Origin: Trichodesmium erythraeum IMS101
GTDB lineage: Bacteria; Cyanobacteriota; Cyanobacteriia; Cyanobacteriales; Microcoleaceae
Assembly: GCF_000014265.1 (NCBI RefSeq)
Contig: NC_008312.1
Location: 90,001 to 122,000, forward strand
Reading direction: 5' to 3'
DNA: 32,000 nucleotides
The notes beneath the pieces were generated by a model. That model was not told where the DNA came from. It did no database searches and saw only the letters and a list, made by a program, of their open reading frames with translations. The position numbers and the translations under genes were made by a program. The first letter of the stretch is position 1. Each line of letters opens with the position of its first letter. Positions 1 through 10,517 of this stretch are shown here, in pieces.

Positions 1-120
1 TGCCAAGGCCTATTAATGATGGGGATAAAATTATCGGCAAAACCTATATGACCATTGTAGTTGGAGAAAATACTAGACTTCGGCAATATCTTGCCAGATG
101 ACATCGAAAGACTCTTTGCT
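1..120 (+). pseudogene. 3' part of an unidentified ORF, frameshifted and split by the IS-like insertion at 121
   Basis: Frame 3 reads PRPINDGDKIIGKTYMTIVVGENTRLRQYLAR*, and frame 1 continues LPDDIERLFA. Removing 121-1730 (element plus one duplication copy) joins this in frame to TQNNSEKFKHLIRLLIQ*, with the stop at 1782-1784. Product not recognised. Confidence 0.3.
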
Positions 121-264
121 CTCACGGGGTGACAAGTAAGCTTAATGATAGATATAGTAATTATTTGAGAGAATAAATTGAATAATTAATTCAATTAAAA
201 AAGAAAGCTTATTGAGTTTGAGAGGTAGCGATCGCCAATTCACTCTTATCTACCATCTGAGTTG
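121..264. repeat. Left terminal inverted repeat of the IS-like element
   Basis: Aligns by eye over ~140 bp to the reverse complement of 1581-1721 with scattered mismatches. Both arms contain a HIP1 site (228-235 and 1608-1615). Confidence 0.8.
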
Positions 265-561
265 AATAATTATCCAAGCTGTATGAGAATATAATATTAT
301 TAAAAAACTCACATGAATTAATTTATTGTTAATCAAAAATTACAGTCTAATTAACCACTGTATTCATCGCTTTGAGTCCCCTTTGATAATATAGTAATTT
401 ATGAGGATTAAGGCTCATTAAATTTTCTACTAATCCCCAGATAAAATCATAATTTATTGCCCAATAAATCATAGATAATTCTACAAGAAAAATACTGTTT
501 CTTCTTTTTTTATTCTCACTTTTTCATTAGTTATTGATATATATTTTTAACCACTTTATTT

Positions 562-864
562 TTAATTTTTTTGGACTTGAAATGAACTAATTGTGTATAA
601 AATAGCTATTAATAAAATTAAATTACTTAATCTCGTTTCATTAGCCTTAGCTGATTTTAGATTGTAACCACAAGTTTTATATTCTTTAAAAATTGCTTCA
701 TTTCCCATTCTCTGACTATATATTTTTTTAATCTTTTCAGGAGATGATAAATTGGAGAGAATATACCATTTATCTAGAACATATTTTTGACAATATTTCT
801 GTTTTTTATACACGAGTAAATTATATGTTTTTGCCTTCAAAATTTTGGGTAATACATGCTTCAA
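562..864 (-). pseudogene. IS4-family transposase C-terminal fragment
   Basis: The 100-aa ORF contains YSQRMGNEAIFKEYKTCGYNLKSAKANETRLSNLILLIAI. This resembles the RWxIExxFKxxKxxGYNLE C-terminal signature of cyanobacterial IS4-type transposases. The N-terminal two thirds of the gene is absent or decayed. Confidence 0.5.
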
Positions 865-1580
865 TAATAGTTTAGTCTCACCGAAATTTACTTTTAATTC
901 TGAGGTTTTACAATATTTTTTACTTCGTTTAATTATCGTCGATTTTGTTTTTAGAAAACAAAATATACATCTTGCTTCTGATATTTTTTCAACCAGTGAG
1001 ATAGAAAAATACTATGGAACTATCTATCTGCTGTCATCATGATTTTCTGGCTTTTTAATAATCTTATAACTGGATAAATTACTGCTTTTTGTTCGGTTAA
1101 ATTACTAGCTCCTTATGAGTTAAAATTTTCCAATATAATGGTATTTTCCTCTTTTTTAAAGCTAAACTAATCATTAATATATTAGTATTTTGCCACTGAG
1201 TTATATCTAAAATTAATACTAATTCTGAGGAAATACTAAATAAATTTTCTATGATTTTTTTTAACTAAAGGAAACTAAAATAAAGGTAGGCTTAACTATT
1301 TTAAAGTTAAAAACCTTTCGCATAAGTTTTCGCTTACTTTCTAATTTTATTGGTAGGGAAAAATAATTACTTAATTTTGATATCTGTACAGTTTTATGTA
1401 CAGATACTTACGTATAATAATATTTGTAATGTTATTACTTGAGATGGACTCAATTTTTGCTTAATATGGCTTTTATAAAAGCCTAATATATTCACTTTTA
1501 TTTATTTTTTTTGTAATTACTAACCCTTTTTTATCATATTTTTAACTATTTTCAAAACTTTTTAAATGAATAAATAATAA

Positions 1581-1721
1581 ACTCAGATGGTGGATAAGAG
1601 TGAATTGGCGATCGCTACCTCCCAACCTCAATAAACTTTATTTTTAAATTGAATTATTATTTAACTTATTATCTCAAATAATTACTATACCTACTATTAA
1701 GCTGACTTGTCACCCCGTGAG
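1581..1721. repeat. Right terminal inverted repeat of the IS-like element
   Basis: Reverse complement of 121-264, from ...CAGATGGTGGATAAGAGTGAATTGGCGATCGCTACCTC... to ...ACTTGTCACCCCGTGAG. Confidence 0.8.
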
Positions 1722-2370
1722 CTCTTTGCTACTCAAAATAATTCCGAGAAGTTCAAGCATTTAATTCGCTTACTGATTCAGTAAACATCAATTTTGGGAT
1801 GTTCCAGTTCCTTATAGATATTCATAGCGATCGCTATAAACTCAAATCATACCTTAATTCACCAACGCCCATAAGCATTACTATAGTTATAGTCCCAGTT
1901 AAACTTTTGGTTTCTACTTCTATATTAGCTTGATACACTCTATCACTCTTGTGTTGAGAGTAGTGATCAATTATTACCTACCCCATCATATTGAGTAAAT
2001 ACGAATTTTCCTTGTTGGTTTAGTACTTTGCCCTCCAATGGTTATCCGAGGGAACAGATAGTTTGACTCACACTTGCTAAATAGACAAAAGTATGTAATG
2101 GCTACTTTTGACTAAATTCTTAAATGCTCGATCACCATTTACAAGACCGTCGAAAATTGAGCCTTTTGTCATATGAAACCAAGTGTTTTATAGACTTCTG
2201 CAAAAATAGTCAAATCAATACTATAACTATCTTAATTGGAGCGATCGCTATTTCAAGAAGATAGTTAATTTTTACAGTCTCATAGGTATTAGAGATAGTT
2301 AGTATTAATATATAGCCCTAATTATAGTATTTTCACTCAAGAATTTTTTCAGAAATTATTGGCAAATTTA

Positions 2371-2872
2371 TTAAGACAAAATAACCGTCCCTATTCCCAG
2401 TCTTACAAGTCCACAAATAGTCATTATTATTTGCGTATATTTATCAGAATTTAGCCTGAATCTTTCCTAGGCTACTCGAAATATTTTGAGTAATCTAATT
2501 ACATGTTCTACAAAAATTCTTTCAGATGCCAGCTCTTTATTTTGAGACTTTTCCTTACTGGTTAATTATTGAATAGGGGCTTTTTTTTTAGGCGTTTTTA
2601 TTGCTGGTTCTCCCACATAAGCTTTGTCCCTGGTAAATTTTTGCTCTTGATGGAATTTTTCTTGGGTTTCACGAAAAAAATTTATCTCACTTATTTGACC
2701 TAGTTTTCCAGCTTCGATATCAACAATATCTTTACCATTGAGTAACACAATCACCTGACTTTTTCTTGTATGACTTTTTTTCTTTCCTGAGTAATATTCT
2801 TTTTGTTTTTCAGATTTTTATAGCCTTTCTATACCCTGTTCATAGCTATCTATGATTAACTCAATATGCTGT
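2371..2872 (-). pseudogene. DDE_Tnp_4 (IS5/HARBI1-like) transposase relic, 5'-truncated and frameshifted
   Basis: The minus-strand translation reads LIIDSYEQGIERL*KSEKQKEYYSGKKKSHTRKSQVIVLLNGKDIVDIEAGKLGQISEINFFRE...FTRDKAYVGEPAIKTPKKK. After a frameshift it continues LTSKEKSQNKELASERIFVEHVIRLLKIFRVA*ERFRLNSDKYTQIIMTICGLVRL. The YYSGKKK, DKAY and VEH blocks are typical of this family. Confidence 0.6.
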
Positions 2873-2878
2873 TAAAAT

Positions 2879-3088
2879 TTACTTAATAATTTCTTTGTCA
2901 CTTGAGTTTTTTTTACCTATTCTAGGAAACTTGATGGTAACAATTACTTGTCCTGATATAATTTTTTTTTTACTATCAATTCCTAATTTTTGGTTAATTA
3001 TTTCTACTATTCCCATCTCATCAATTAGTCCTGCTAGTATTCCTAAGTGGTGGATATTTTTGACTTTTATTTCTTCGCTTAAAGACAT
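2879..3088 (-). pseudogene. N-terminal fragment of an IS1634-type (DUF4277-like) transposase
   Basis: MSLSEEIKVKNIHHLGILAGLIDEMGIVEIINQKLGIDSKKKIISGQVIV resembles the DHLGxVAGxxDExGI N-terminal domain of IS1634-family transposases. Only ~70 codons remain, and they abut the truncated element to the left. Confidence 0.45.
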
Positions 3089-3155
3089 TCTTTTTATATT
3101 AGAGTTGTTGGTAAATAAGTGAAAATAAGTTAAGTTAAGAAGAAATTGACGAAGA

Positions 3156-4030
3156 ATGCTAAATCTTAAACGGGCCTTAAAACAGGATAGGTTGCTCAGA
3201 GCATTAATACCGATTAAATCGTAAAGCATTTCAATCCTTACTCTTAACCTTTACTCAGGTATATGAGCAAACATTGAGGGATAAACCTCGTCAACGTTCT
3301 GTTGGATGAGGCCGTAAGGCTCGTTTACGGACTTTTGAGCACAAATAAATTTTTTATATTCTGTTCTATTTTAAATGCTACCCTACCTTTGATTTAGCTG
3401 GTATCTTGTTCGATATAGACCTTAGCCAGGCACATCATTGGGCTCATCGTTTACAGCCTATATTAGAAGCCGCCTTGGGAGAAAAAAAAGGCACTACCAG
3501 AACGCCAAATCAATAGTGCCCAAGCATTTATAGAGCGTTTCCCTGGAGTAGAACGAGTGGTAATGGATGGCACATAACGGCCAGTAAAACGGCCTACTGA
3601 CTCAGAAACACAAAAAATAAATTATTCGGGAAAAAAAAGGGTCTATCCCGTAAACATCTAGCAGCAGTAAACCAAAATAAACAAGTGCTGGTATTAAGCC
3701 AAGATAGAGTTGGACAGTTACATGACAAGAAATTCCTAGACGAAGAAAAGTTGATAGGAAATATACATGGGGAAATACCAATTGAAGTAGATACTAGCTT
3801 TCAAGGTATTCAACAACAGTATGAAAGTATCCGCATACCCCATAAAAAACCAGAGGGAGGAGAATTAACTCAACAGCAAAAGATCGAAAATAGGACATTG
3901 AGTCAATAAGCGGGTGATATGTGAAAATGACTTCGCGGGTGTCAAGCACTATAGGGCTGTCAATCAGATTTACCGTAATTATATTGATGGATTGGACTTT
4001 CAGCTTTGCTTTATACTCTGGACAGTTTGA
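3156..4030 (+). pseudogene. DDE_Tnp_4 (IS5-like) transposase pseudogene with several stops and frameshifts
   Basis: It starts MLNLKRALKQDRLLRAL. Later blocks across frames are FYFKCYPTFDLAGILFDIDLSQAHHWAHRLQPILEAALGEKK, INYSGKKK, QDRVGQLHDKKFLDEE, IPHKKPEGGELTQQQKIENRTLSQ and RVICENDFAGVKHYRAVNQIYRN, ending at TGA 4028-4030. Stops interrupt it at 3222 and elsewhere. Confidence 0.7.
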
Positions 4031-4235
4031 TATACTATAGAAGGGAAGATCCATGGCAAGTTCTGAGAAAGTTTTAGTAGTGAAAATGTGGTTGATAAAT
4101 CTGAAAAGCTCCGTAAGTAAAGAATAGGGCAGAAAAGGAAAAAATAGAACTATAATAATATTTGTATTTAGTGGGTGTCAATTTTTAAATTTTTGTTTCA
4201 AAATATTAAGTAAAGATGAGTTGAGAGTATTGTCT

Positions 4236-4430
4236 ATGTTTCCATTCTTCGTTAAGTCCTGCTGTGGTGGGGACTTTTTTCAACCAGAAACTCGTAAGGC
4301 CCACCAGGAGAATAAACTTAAATTCCTTAAGTGGATGCGAGATGACTTAGAAACCAGATTGGCCGGACTTAATGCGGCTATTCAAACTATAGAACGGCAA
4401 ATAAATCAAGATCAAGATCAAGCTTCCTAA
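4236..4430 (+). CDS. Small hypothetical protein (64 aa from the ATG)
   Basis: The ORF from ATG 4236 reads MFPFFVKSCCGGDFFQPETRKAHQENKLKFLKWMRDDLETRLAGLNAAIQTIERQINQDQDQAS. A GC-rich hairpin with a T tract follows it. The function is not recognised. Confidence 0.5.
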   Translation: MFPFFVKSCCGGDFFQPETRKAHQENKLKFLKWMRDDLETRLAGLNAAIQTIERQINQDQDQAS

Positions 4431-4489
4431 GCTATCTAGAGTAGCTCCAGCTTTATTTCTTAAACTTTAACTACAGTTATCTATTTGAT

Positions 4490-4520
4490 GGGGCGTAATA
4501 TTTTTCGCCCCTTACTTTTA
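4490..4520 (+). terminator. Rho-independent terminator candidate
   Basis: GGGGCG (4490-4495), a 10-nt loop, then CGCCCC (4506-4511), followed by TTACTTTTAT. Confidence 0.55.
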
Positions 4521-4682
4521 TCTCCTAAGATTGATTTTGTTACTTGAAAGTAGGTATCTCTGAGGTAAAGTAATGACTTGCAATGCCTCAAGCCATTCTA
4601 CTGTAGATGAAAGGCGCAAAGCAAATATATTAGCAAGACAGATTAAGATAATCTACTTATAAACACTTAAGAAAAAATCAAC

Positions 4683-6173
4683 ATGGAAATTAAAGTAGGT
4701 AACATACCTCAGTTGAAATGGGCCGGAGATGCTCTAGCTATTGGTTTATTTGAAGATGCTATAAAATTAACTGAAGATGCTATAGAATTAACTGAGGAAA
4801 TGGCCGAATTGGACGAAATGCTATCTGGTACTTTATCTGAATTAATTAAAGAAACAGAATTTAAAGGTAAAGCGAATAGCAGTGTCTCAACTCGTGTCGG
4901 TATAAAAACCTCTATTCGGAAAATTATTGTAGTTGGCCTAGGTAAATTAGAGAAGTTCAAATTAGATTCTCTGCGCCAAGCTGCAGCTACCTGTGGACGC
5001 TTGGCAAAAAAGGAGAGATGTAAAACTTTAGGGATTAGCCTGCCAATGTGTCAGGATGCTGATTCTACAGCTATAGCTATTACAGAGGGTATTGAGTTAG
5101 CCCTCCATCAAGATAATCGTTTTAAATCTGAACCAGAAAATCTAGGGCCAGATCTAGAAAAAGTGGAGTTAATTGGTTTGGCTGCTTCTGATGAAGCGAT
5201 CGCCCATGCTCGAAAAATCTGTTCAGGAGTCATCTTTGCCAGAGAACTTGTAGCAGCTCCTGCTAATTCCTGTACCCCAATAACTATGGCTGAAACTGCT
5301 CAGACCTTAGCTAAAGAGTTTGGTCTAACTCTAGAAATTTTAGAAAAAGAAGATTGTGAAAAACTAGGAATGGGAGCTTTTCTTGGAGTTGCTCAAGGTT
5401 CTGACTTGCCACCAAAATTCATTCATGTAACTTATAAACCAGAAGTTACTCCTCGTCGCAAGCTAGCAATAGTAGGAAAAGGTTTAACTTTTGACTCTGG
5501 TGGGTTAAACTTAAAAGTCTCTGGTAGTGGCATTGAAATGATGAAAATTGATATGGGTGGTGCAGGTACAACTTTTGGTACTATTAAGGCGATCGCTCAG
5601 TTAAAACCAGATGTAGAAGTTCATTTTATCAGTGCTGTAACTGAAAATATGGTTAGTGGTCACGCCATACATCCCGGTGACTTTCTGACTGCTTCCAATG
5701 GTAAAATTATTGAAGTTAATAATACAGATGCAGAGGGACGTTTGACTTTGGCAGATGCATTAGTCTTTGCTGAAAAGTTGGGAGTAGATGCAATTATAGA
5801 TTTAGCGACTCTCACAGGTGCTTGTGTTGTGGCATTAGGTAATGATATTGCTGGTCTGTGGAGCCCTAATGATAATTTAGCTGCAGAAATAACAGCAGCA
5901 GCAGAAAAAGCTGGAGAGAAAATGTGGCGGATGCCTTTGGAGGAGAAATATTTCGAGGGTTTGAAAGCTATGCATGCTGATATGAAGAATACCGGTCCTC
6001 GCCCTGGTGGTGCTATTACTGCAGCTTTATTTTTGAAGCAATTTGTTAAAAATACGCCTTGGGCACATTTAGATATTGCCGGTCCGGTTTGGGTAGATAC
6101 AGAAAATGGTTACAATAATCAAGGTGCAACTGGTTATGGTGTTCGGACTCTAGTGAATTGGATTTTGAGTTAG
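4683..6173 (+). CDS. pepA: Leucyl aminopeptidase (M17 family)
   Basis: The 496-aa ORF carries the M17 signature [14 protein letters not shown], and also [11 protein letters not shown] and DIAGP. Confidence 0.95.
   Translation: MEIKVGNIPQLKWAGDALAIGLFEDAIKLTEDAIELTEEMAELDEMLSGTLSELIKETEFKGKANSSVSTRVGIKTSIRKIIVVGLGKLEKFKLDSLRQAAATCGRLAKKERCKTLGISLPMCQDADSTAIAITEGIELALHQDNRFKSEPENLGPDLEKVELIGLAASDEAIAHARKICSGVIFARELVAAPANSCTPITMAETAQTLAKEFGLTLEILEKEDCEKLGMGAFLGVAQGSDLPPKFIHVTYKPEVTPRRKLAIVGKGLTFDSGGLNLKVSGSGIEMMKIDMGGAGTTFGTIKAIAQLKPDVEVHFISAVTENMVSGHAIHPGDFLTASNGKIIEVNNTDAEGRLTLADALVFAEKLGVDAIIDLATLTGACVVALGNDIAGLWSPNDNLAAEITAAAEKAGEKMWRMPLEEKYFEGLKAMHADMKNTGPRPGGAITAALFLKQFVKNTPWAHLDIAGPVWVDTENGYNNQGATGYGVRTLVNWILS
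4752..4793 (+). repeat. In-frame 2 x 21-bp tandem duplication inside pepA
   Basis: GAAGATGCTATAAAATTAACT followed by GAAGATGCTATAGAATTAACT, encoding EDAIKLT and EDAIELT. Confidence 0.85.
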
Positions 6174-6401
6174 TGGGAATTAGACAAAACAGTAGCAGAA
6201 AATATACTCAAGTATAGACAAGTAAAAGTTTTGACGTCAAAAACATATAAATCCTTAATAAGTATGGGTTTTAGCCATTTTTAGGGCATTGACGCAATTC
6301 CCTTGTATAAATTGACTTTTCCAAATGCTGCACAAACAAATAGTTTTTTCCAAGAAGTACCACTAAATTAATATTCAAAATTTTGGGGTTTCCTTCACCT
6401 A

Positions 6402-6550
6402 ATATCATGTCCGTTGGTATAGTCTAGTGTCAAAGCTAAGGAAATATCTAATTTAAGGTTTTTCCTTTTCTTGAACCTTCTCTCCTAGATAACTAGAACC
6501 TTATTTCTCCTTCCTTATTTTCCCTAATAATGATTCTACCGGACATGATA
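6402..6550. repeat. 149-bp segment bounded by perfect 12-bp inverted repeats (MITE-like or long hairpin)
   Basis: ATATCATGTCCG at 6402-6413 and CGGACATGATAT at 6539-6550. Confidence 0.35.
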
Positions 6551-6849
6551 TAACTGAAAAAAATACCAAAAAATTAATCAATGTAACTATTGCCCACTCC
6601 TTTCCCTGGCCAACAAATTTTGATCATATATTTATTTTCAAAAGAGAGATATTTTTGTTTACTTTCCTTAGCCAAGCAATAACTAAATTTAGAGCTGGCA
6701 AAGAAAGAGGTCAAAATTTATCCTTCTTTGAAGATAATTCAATATTTGCTGGTTCTACTATTATTGACGACTCTAAATTTGATTAGCTTCTAAAAACAAT
6801 GAATAATTTATATCACGATCAAACTGCAAGGCTGTTTGTCAAACAAATC

Positions 6850-7627
6850 TTAAAAACGGCATGAGTTTTTAGTACCAAGCTTTCGTAACATCAATCTAAT
6901 TATTGCAGTCTAAATCAGATATTCACTTATCTCAGGTAGTTATTTATACTCCACAGCTAAACGTCACTTCTGAACTAGCCATCTTCTAGGTAAAACTTCA
7001 AATTGTTGAGTATTACCCTTGACTATTTCCACTCCTGCTGAAATCAGGTCTGCGATCACCATAGCCAATTTCGATCCTCTATAACCAGACTCAGCCCAAA
7101 CTAATTCGTCCTTCTGAAATATTTTCATTCTGTTCCATGACCAGGACTTTAGTCCATCAGGGTTCTCCCATATTTGCCTCACTTACCACTACTCCTAGTA
7201 GTCTTCCTTGATTAGAAAATAAGATACGACCCTTCATAATTTTTACTTTTTTACCTACTATCTAAGCCATACACCTCCCTCTTTTTGCTGTTGTTTTTAC
7301 CCTATAAAAGTCAACAACTGCTGTAGTAGTTTTTGGAGTCGTACTTCTTAGACTCTTGTCTCTAACCGTAGAGTATAATTAATTTATTCCCAAACACTAT
7401 ATCCGTAGTATTTACGAAATTTTATTGATAAAGTTTGCAAAATTGGTAGCTTCTGGGGAAAAGAACGCTAATGAAAACCAGAGTAAAGGATATATAATAT
7501 ACCATTTACTACTTCTGTGAGATTAGCATTTAGTTTGGGCACTGCTTGAGAGAGGTTTCGGTAGCAGAGGTTCGAGTAGTTCCCACTCGCGAGGGCTTAG
7601 ATCCCTGGCTAAAGATTTTCGCGACAT
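6850..7627 (-). pseudogene. IS5-family transposase pseudogene
   Basis: The minus strand reads MSRKSLARDLSPREWELLEPLLPKP from ATG 7627. Later blocks are VGKKVKIMKGRILFSNQGRLLGVVV, ESGYRGSKLAMVIADLISAGVEIVKGNTQQFEVLPRRWLV and AIIRLMLRKLG, ending at stop 6850-6852. Multiple stops and frameshifts interrupt it. Confidence 0.7.
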
Positions 7628-8279
7628 TTATTTGGCAGTGATCATTATTTTTTTATTTTCCTACCTTCAATATTTCTTCATAGCCATCTTTTTTTTACAA
7701 CCAGTCTCTGAGAAACTCTAACCAAATAATTACCTTCTGACAAGAAATTAAGAACTATTCTTTCATCAAAATTACCAATATTTTTCGACTCTTCAAAAAC
7801 CTCTAAAATTTATATATACAATTCCATTACTATTGATATATTTAATGCTGCAACTAGTAGTCTATCTTACTAAAATTCGCCATAATTACAAACTTAACTA
7901 GAGAAATATAAAACACAAAAAACGCATATATTTTTTTTACAAAAAAGTATATTTTATTCATAAAAAATCTGCTATTTACGCTACTTTTGCACTCCAAAAA
8001 CCTACAAAAATAATTAAATTTCTTCTTTCCTCCTTCCTTTTTCCTTAACTTAAATAAGACTGACATATCCACTCCAAAAGAATTCCCTTGAGATTACTAT
8101 CTTGACCGACTGCGACCCGAAGACTGTCCCTCGTAATGAAAAAAATATATTGCGCGTGGGTAAGTCCTATTAAATCCTAAAAAAAATCTTATGTATATTT
8201 CAAAATATGTCATTATACATTGATAATCTGGACACAAAAGCATATATTTTACTCCAAACTATCAAGAAACTATCAAGGT

Positions 8280-9698
8280 ATGTACGAAAAAATAACCCCC
8301 CCAACCACAGGGTCTAAAGTCACTTTCAGTAACGGCCAACCCATCGTTCCCGACGACCCTATTATCCCATTTATTAGGGGCGATGGTACTGGATTAGATT
8401 TGTGGCCAGCATCTCAAAAAGTCTTTGACGCAGCGATCGCTACTGCCTATGGAGACAAACGCAAAATTAATTGGTTTAAAATCTACGCTGGTGATGAAGC
8501 GTGTGACAAATATGGCACTTTCCAATATTTGCCGGAAGATACTCTAAATGCCATAAAAGAATATGGTATTGCCATTAAAGGTCCTTTAACAACACCCATA
8601 GGTGGAGGTATTCGTTCCCTAAATGTCGCATTGCGTCAAATTAATGATTTATATGCTTGTGTTCGTCCTTGTAGATATTACACGGGTACACCTTCTCCTC
8701 ACAAAACACCGGAAAAATTAGATGTCATCATTTACCGGGAAAATACAGAAGATATTTATCTGGGAATAGAATGGCGCGAGGGAACTGATATTGCTAGCAA
8801 ATTGATTGACATTTTAAATAAAGACTTAATTCCTGCTACTCTCGAACACGGCAAAAAGCAAATTCGCTTCGACTCTGGTATTGGTATTAAACCTGTAAGT
8901 AAAACTGGTTCCCAACGTTTGGTTAAACGTGCTATTCAAAATGCTTTGCGTTTACCTAAGTCCAAACAAATGGTAACTTTGGTACATAAAGGTAATATTA
9001 TGAAGTACACCGAAGGCGCATTTCGTGACTGGGGTTATGAGTTAGCAACTACAGAATTTCGTCAAGAATGTGTCACTGAAAGAGAATCTTGGATTCTTTC
9101 TAATAAAGAGGAAAACCTTAATATTAGTAGTGAGGAAAATTCTCGAAAAATTGACCCTGGTTATGATGCTTTAACACCAGAAAAACAAGCAGAAATTTGC
9201 CAAGAAGTTGAGGATGTATTGGCAGCTATTTGGGATAGTCATGGGCATGGAAAATGGAAAGAGAAAATCATGGTAAATGACCGAATTGCTGATAGTATTT
9301 TCCAACAAATTCAAACTCGACCAGAGGAGTATTCTATTCTGGCAACTATGAATTTGAATGGGGATTATTTATCCGACGCAGCAGCAGCTATTGTTGGTGG
9401 TTTAGGTATGGGTCCAGGTGCTAATATTGGTGATAAATGTGCTATTTTTGAAGCCACTCATGGTACTGCTCCAAAACACGCAGGTTTAGATAGAGTAAAC
9501 CCTGGTTCTTTAATTCTTTCTGGTGTAATGATGTTAGAATATATAGGCTGGCAAGAAGCTGCAGATTTGATTAAAAAAGGTATTGAGATTTCTATTTCTA
9601 ATGGTGAGGTAACTTATGATTTAGCAAGATTAATGGAACCATCTGTGCCGGCTTTGAAATGTTCTGAGTTTGCTGATGCAATTATCAAGCATTTTTAA
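8280..9698 (+). CDS. icd: NADP-dependent isocitrate dehydrogenase
   Basis: From ATG 8280 it reads [44 protein letters not shown], and later [27 protein letters not shown]. This is the typical cyanobacterial Icd N-terminus and the IDH/IMDH signature. The 20-codon TTG extension in the ORF track was not used. Confidence 0.95.
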   Translation: MYEKITPPTTGSKVTFSNGQPIVPDDPIIPFIRGDGTGLDLWPASQKVFDAAIATAYGDKRKINWFKIYAGDEACDKYGTFQYLPEDTLNAIKEYGIAIKGPLTTPIGGGIRSLNVALRQINDLYACVRPCRYYTGTPSPHKTPEKLDVIIYRENTEDIYLGIEWREGTDIASKLIDILNKDLIPATLEHGKKQIRFDSGIGIKPVSKTGSQRLVKRAIQNALRLPKSKQMVTLVHKGNIMKYTEGAFRDWGYELATTEFRQECVTERESWILSNKEENLNISSEENSRKIDPGYDALTPEKQAEICQEVEDVLAAIWDSHGHGKWKEKIMVNDRIADSIFQQIQTRPEEYSILATMNLNGDYLSDAAAAIVGGLGMGPGANIGDKCAIFEATHGTAPKHAGLDRVNPGSLILSGVMMLEYIGWQEAADLIKKGIEISISNGEVTYDLARLMEPSVPALKCSEFADAIIKHF

Positions 9699-10517
9699 AG
9701 ATTAAAATCAAGAAAAATTGTGAAAGTTTAGAGGTTGAGAAAATAGGTATTGTCTGAGGATTAATATCATGTCTTAAAAACTTTTATATATTTTGAATAG
9801 CAGGGGAGTGGGATACAAGTAAACATAATAAAAATCAACATTAAGTTAGCTAAAATTATGTAAGAATTTGTTTTCCTAGTGTTAATTACTGAAATTTATG
9901 AACTGTTCCCTAAGCATAGTATCAATGGGAATTGGTGGAAGTCAAAATTTAAAATTAATTTCTGAATAAGTTTTTCCGGCTTTAATGCTCCGCAAAAAAG
10001 GATTGACAAATGTCCGCGCTCTAAATGAATAGTTCTATAAAATAGAGTTTAGTGGTTTGTAAGTTATAATTTATTTGACCTAAAAATTAACTGCATACTT
10101 CAGAGGTTAATCTATGCCCTAAGCTGTCTTACAGAAATAATGAAAATAGCCATAATATTTTCTCATATTCAATCTGATTTAGGCGGAAAGACCATTTCTC
10201 AAAAACTTTTTTACATTTTCTTGACTGACAGTAGGGATGTTGCATACAAAGTCCGAGAGCAAAGTAGGAAATTTGCATGTTAATGTCCCGACAAAATATG
10301 GATAATTAATTTAACTGGCTAGTAACTATAAAAAATCTATGTATTAATGTTAATTACTTAATAATTCAAGTGTCACCTAAGTTGAGCATCAATACACTGT
10401 AATTAGTAGAATTTTTAGTCTGGTTTGTATACCTAATAAATTAATTATACTAAAGTTAAAGCTGGTCAAATTAAATTTTAGGTAAAATTTTCCTTATTCC
10501 CTATTTCCTATTTTTAT

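Larger units (their letters stand above)
121..1721. mobile_element. Decayed IS-like element (1601 bp) with ~140-bp terminal inverted repeats and a 9-bp target-site duplication
   Basis: The left end CTCACGGGGTGACAAGT (121-137) has its exact reverse complement at 1705-1721. Direct CTCTTTGCT copies flank the element at 112-120 and 1722-1730. The interior is very AT-rich and holds only a transposase C-terminal relic (562-864, minus strand). Confidence 0.75.

Noticed and set aside
4709-4960. The antisense ORF inside pepA. Similar antisense ORFs lie at 10706-11002, 11209-11487, 26423-26641, 29366-29680, 30378-31208 and 23265-23450.
   Set aside because: All are embedded opposite strongly supported genes and have low-complexity or odd composition. 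They are typical shadow ORFs.
6228-6244. The palindrome GTTTTGACGTCAAAAAC after pepA, as a terminator or CRP-type site.
   Set aside because: It has no loop and a weak AT-rich stem, so it is a poor terminator. It also does not match the cyanobacterial CRP consensus TGTGA-N6-TCACA.
7854-8072. The 72-aa ORF in AT-rich DNA. Similar ORFs lie at 845-1042, 2895-3122 and 3794-4054.
   Set aside because: They are lysine/phenylalanine-rich translations of AT-rich spacer or of the opposite strand of transposase relics, with no recognisable motifs.
8220-8279. The TTG-initiated 20-codon extension of icd.
   Set aside because: [11 protein letters not shown] at ATG 8280 matches the usual cyanobacterial Icd N-terminus.
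8073-8279. An NtcA site (GTA-N8-TAC) upstream of icd, since icd is NtcA-activated in model cyanobacteria.
   Set aside because: I found no GTA-N8-TAC match by eye in this interval. No claim is made.
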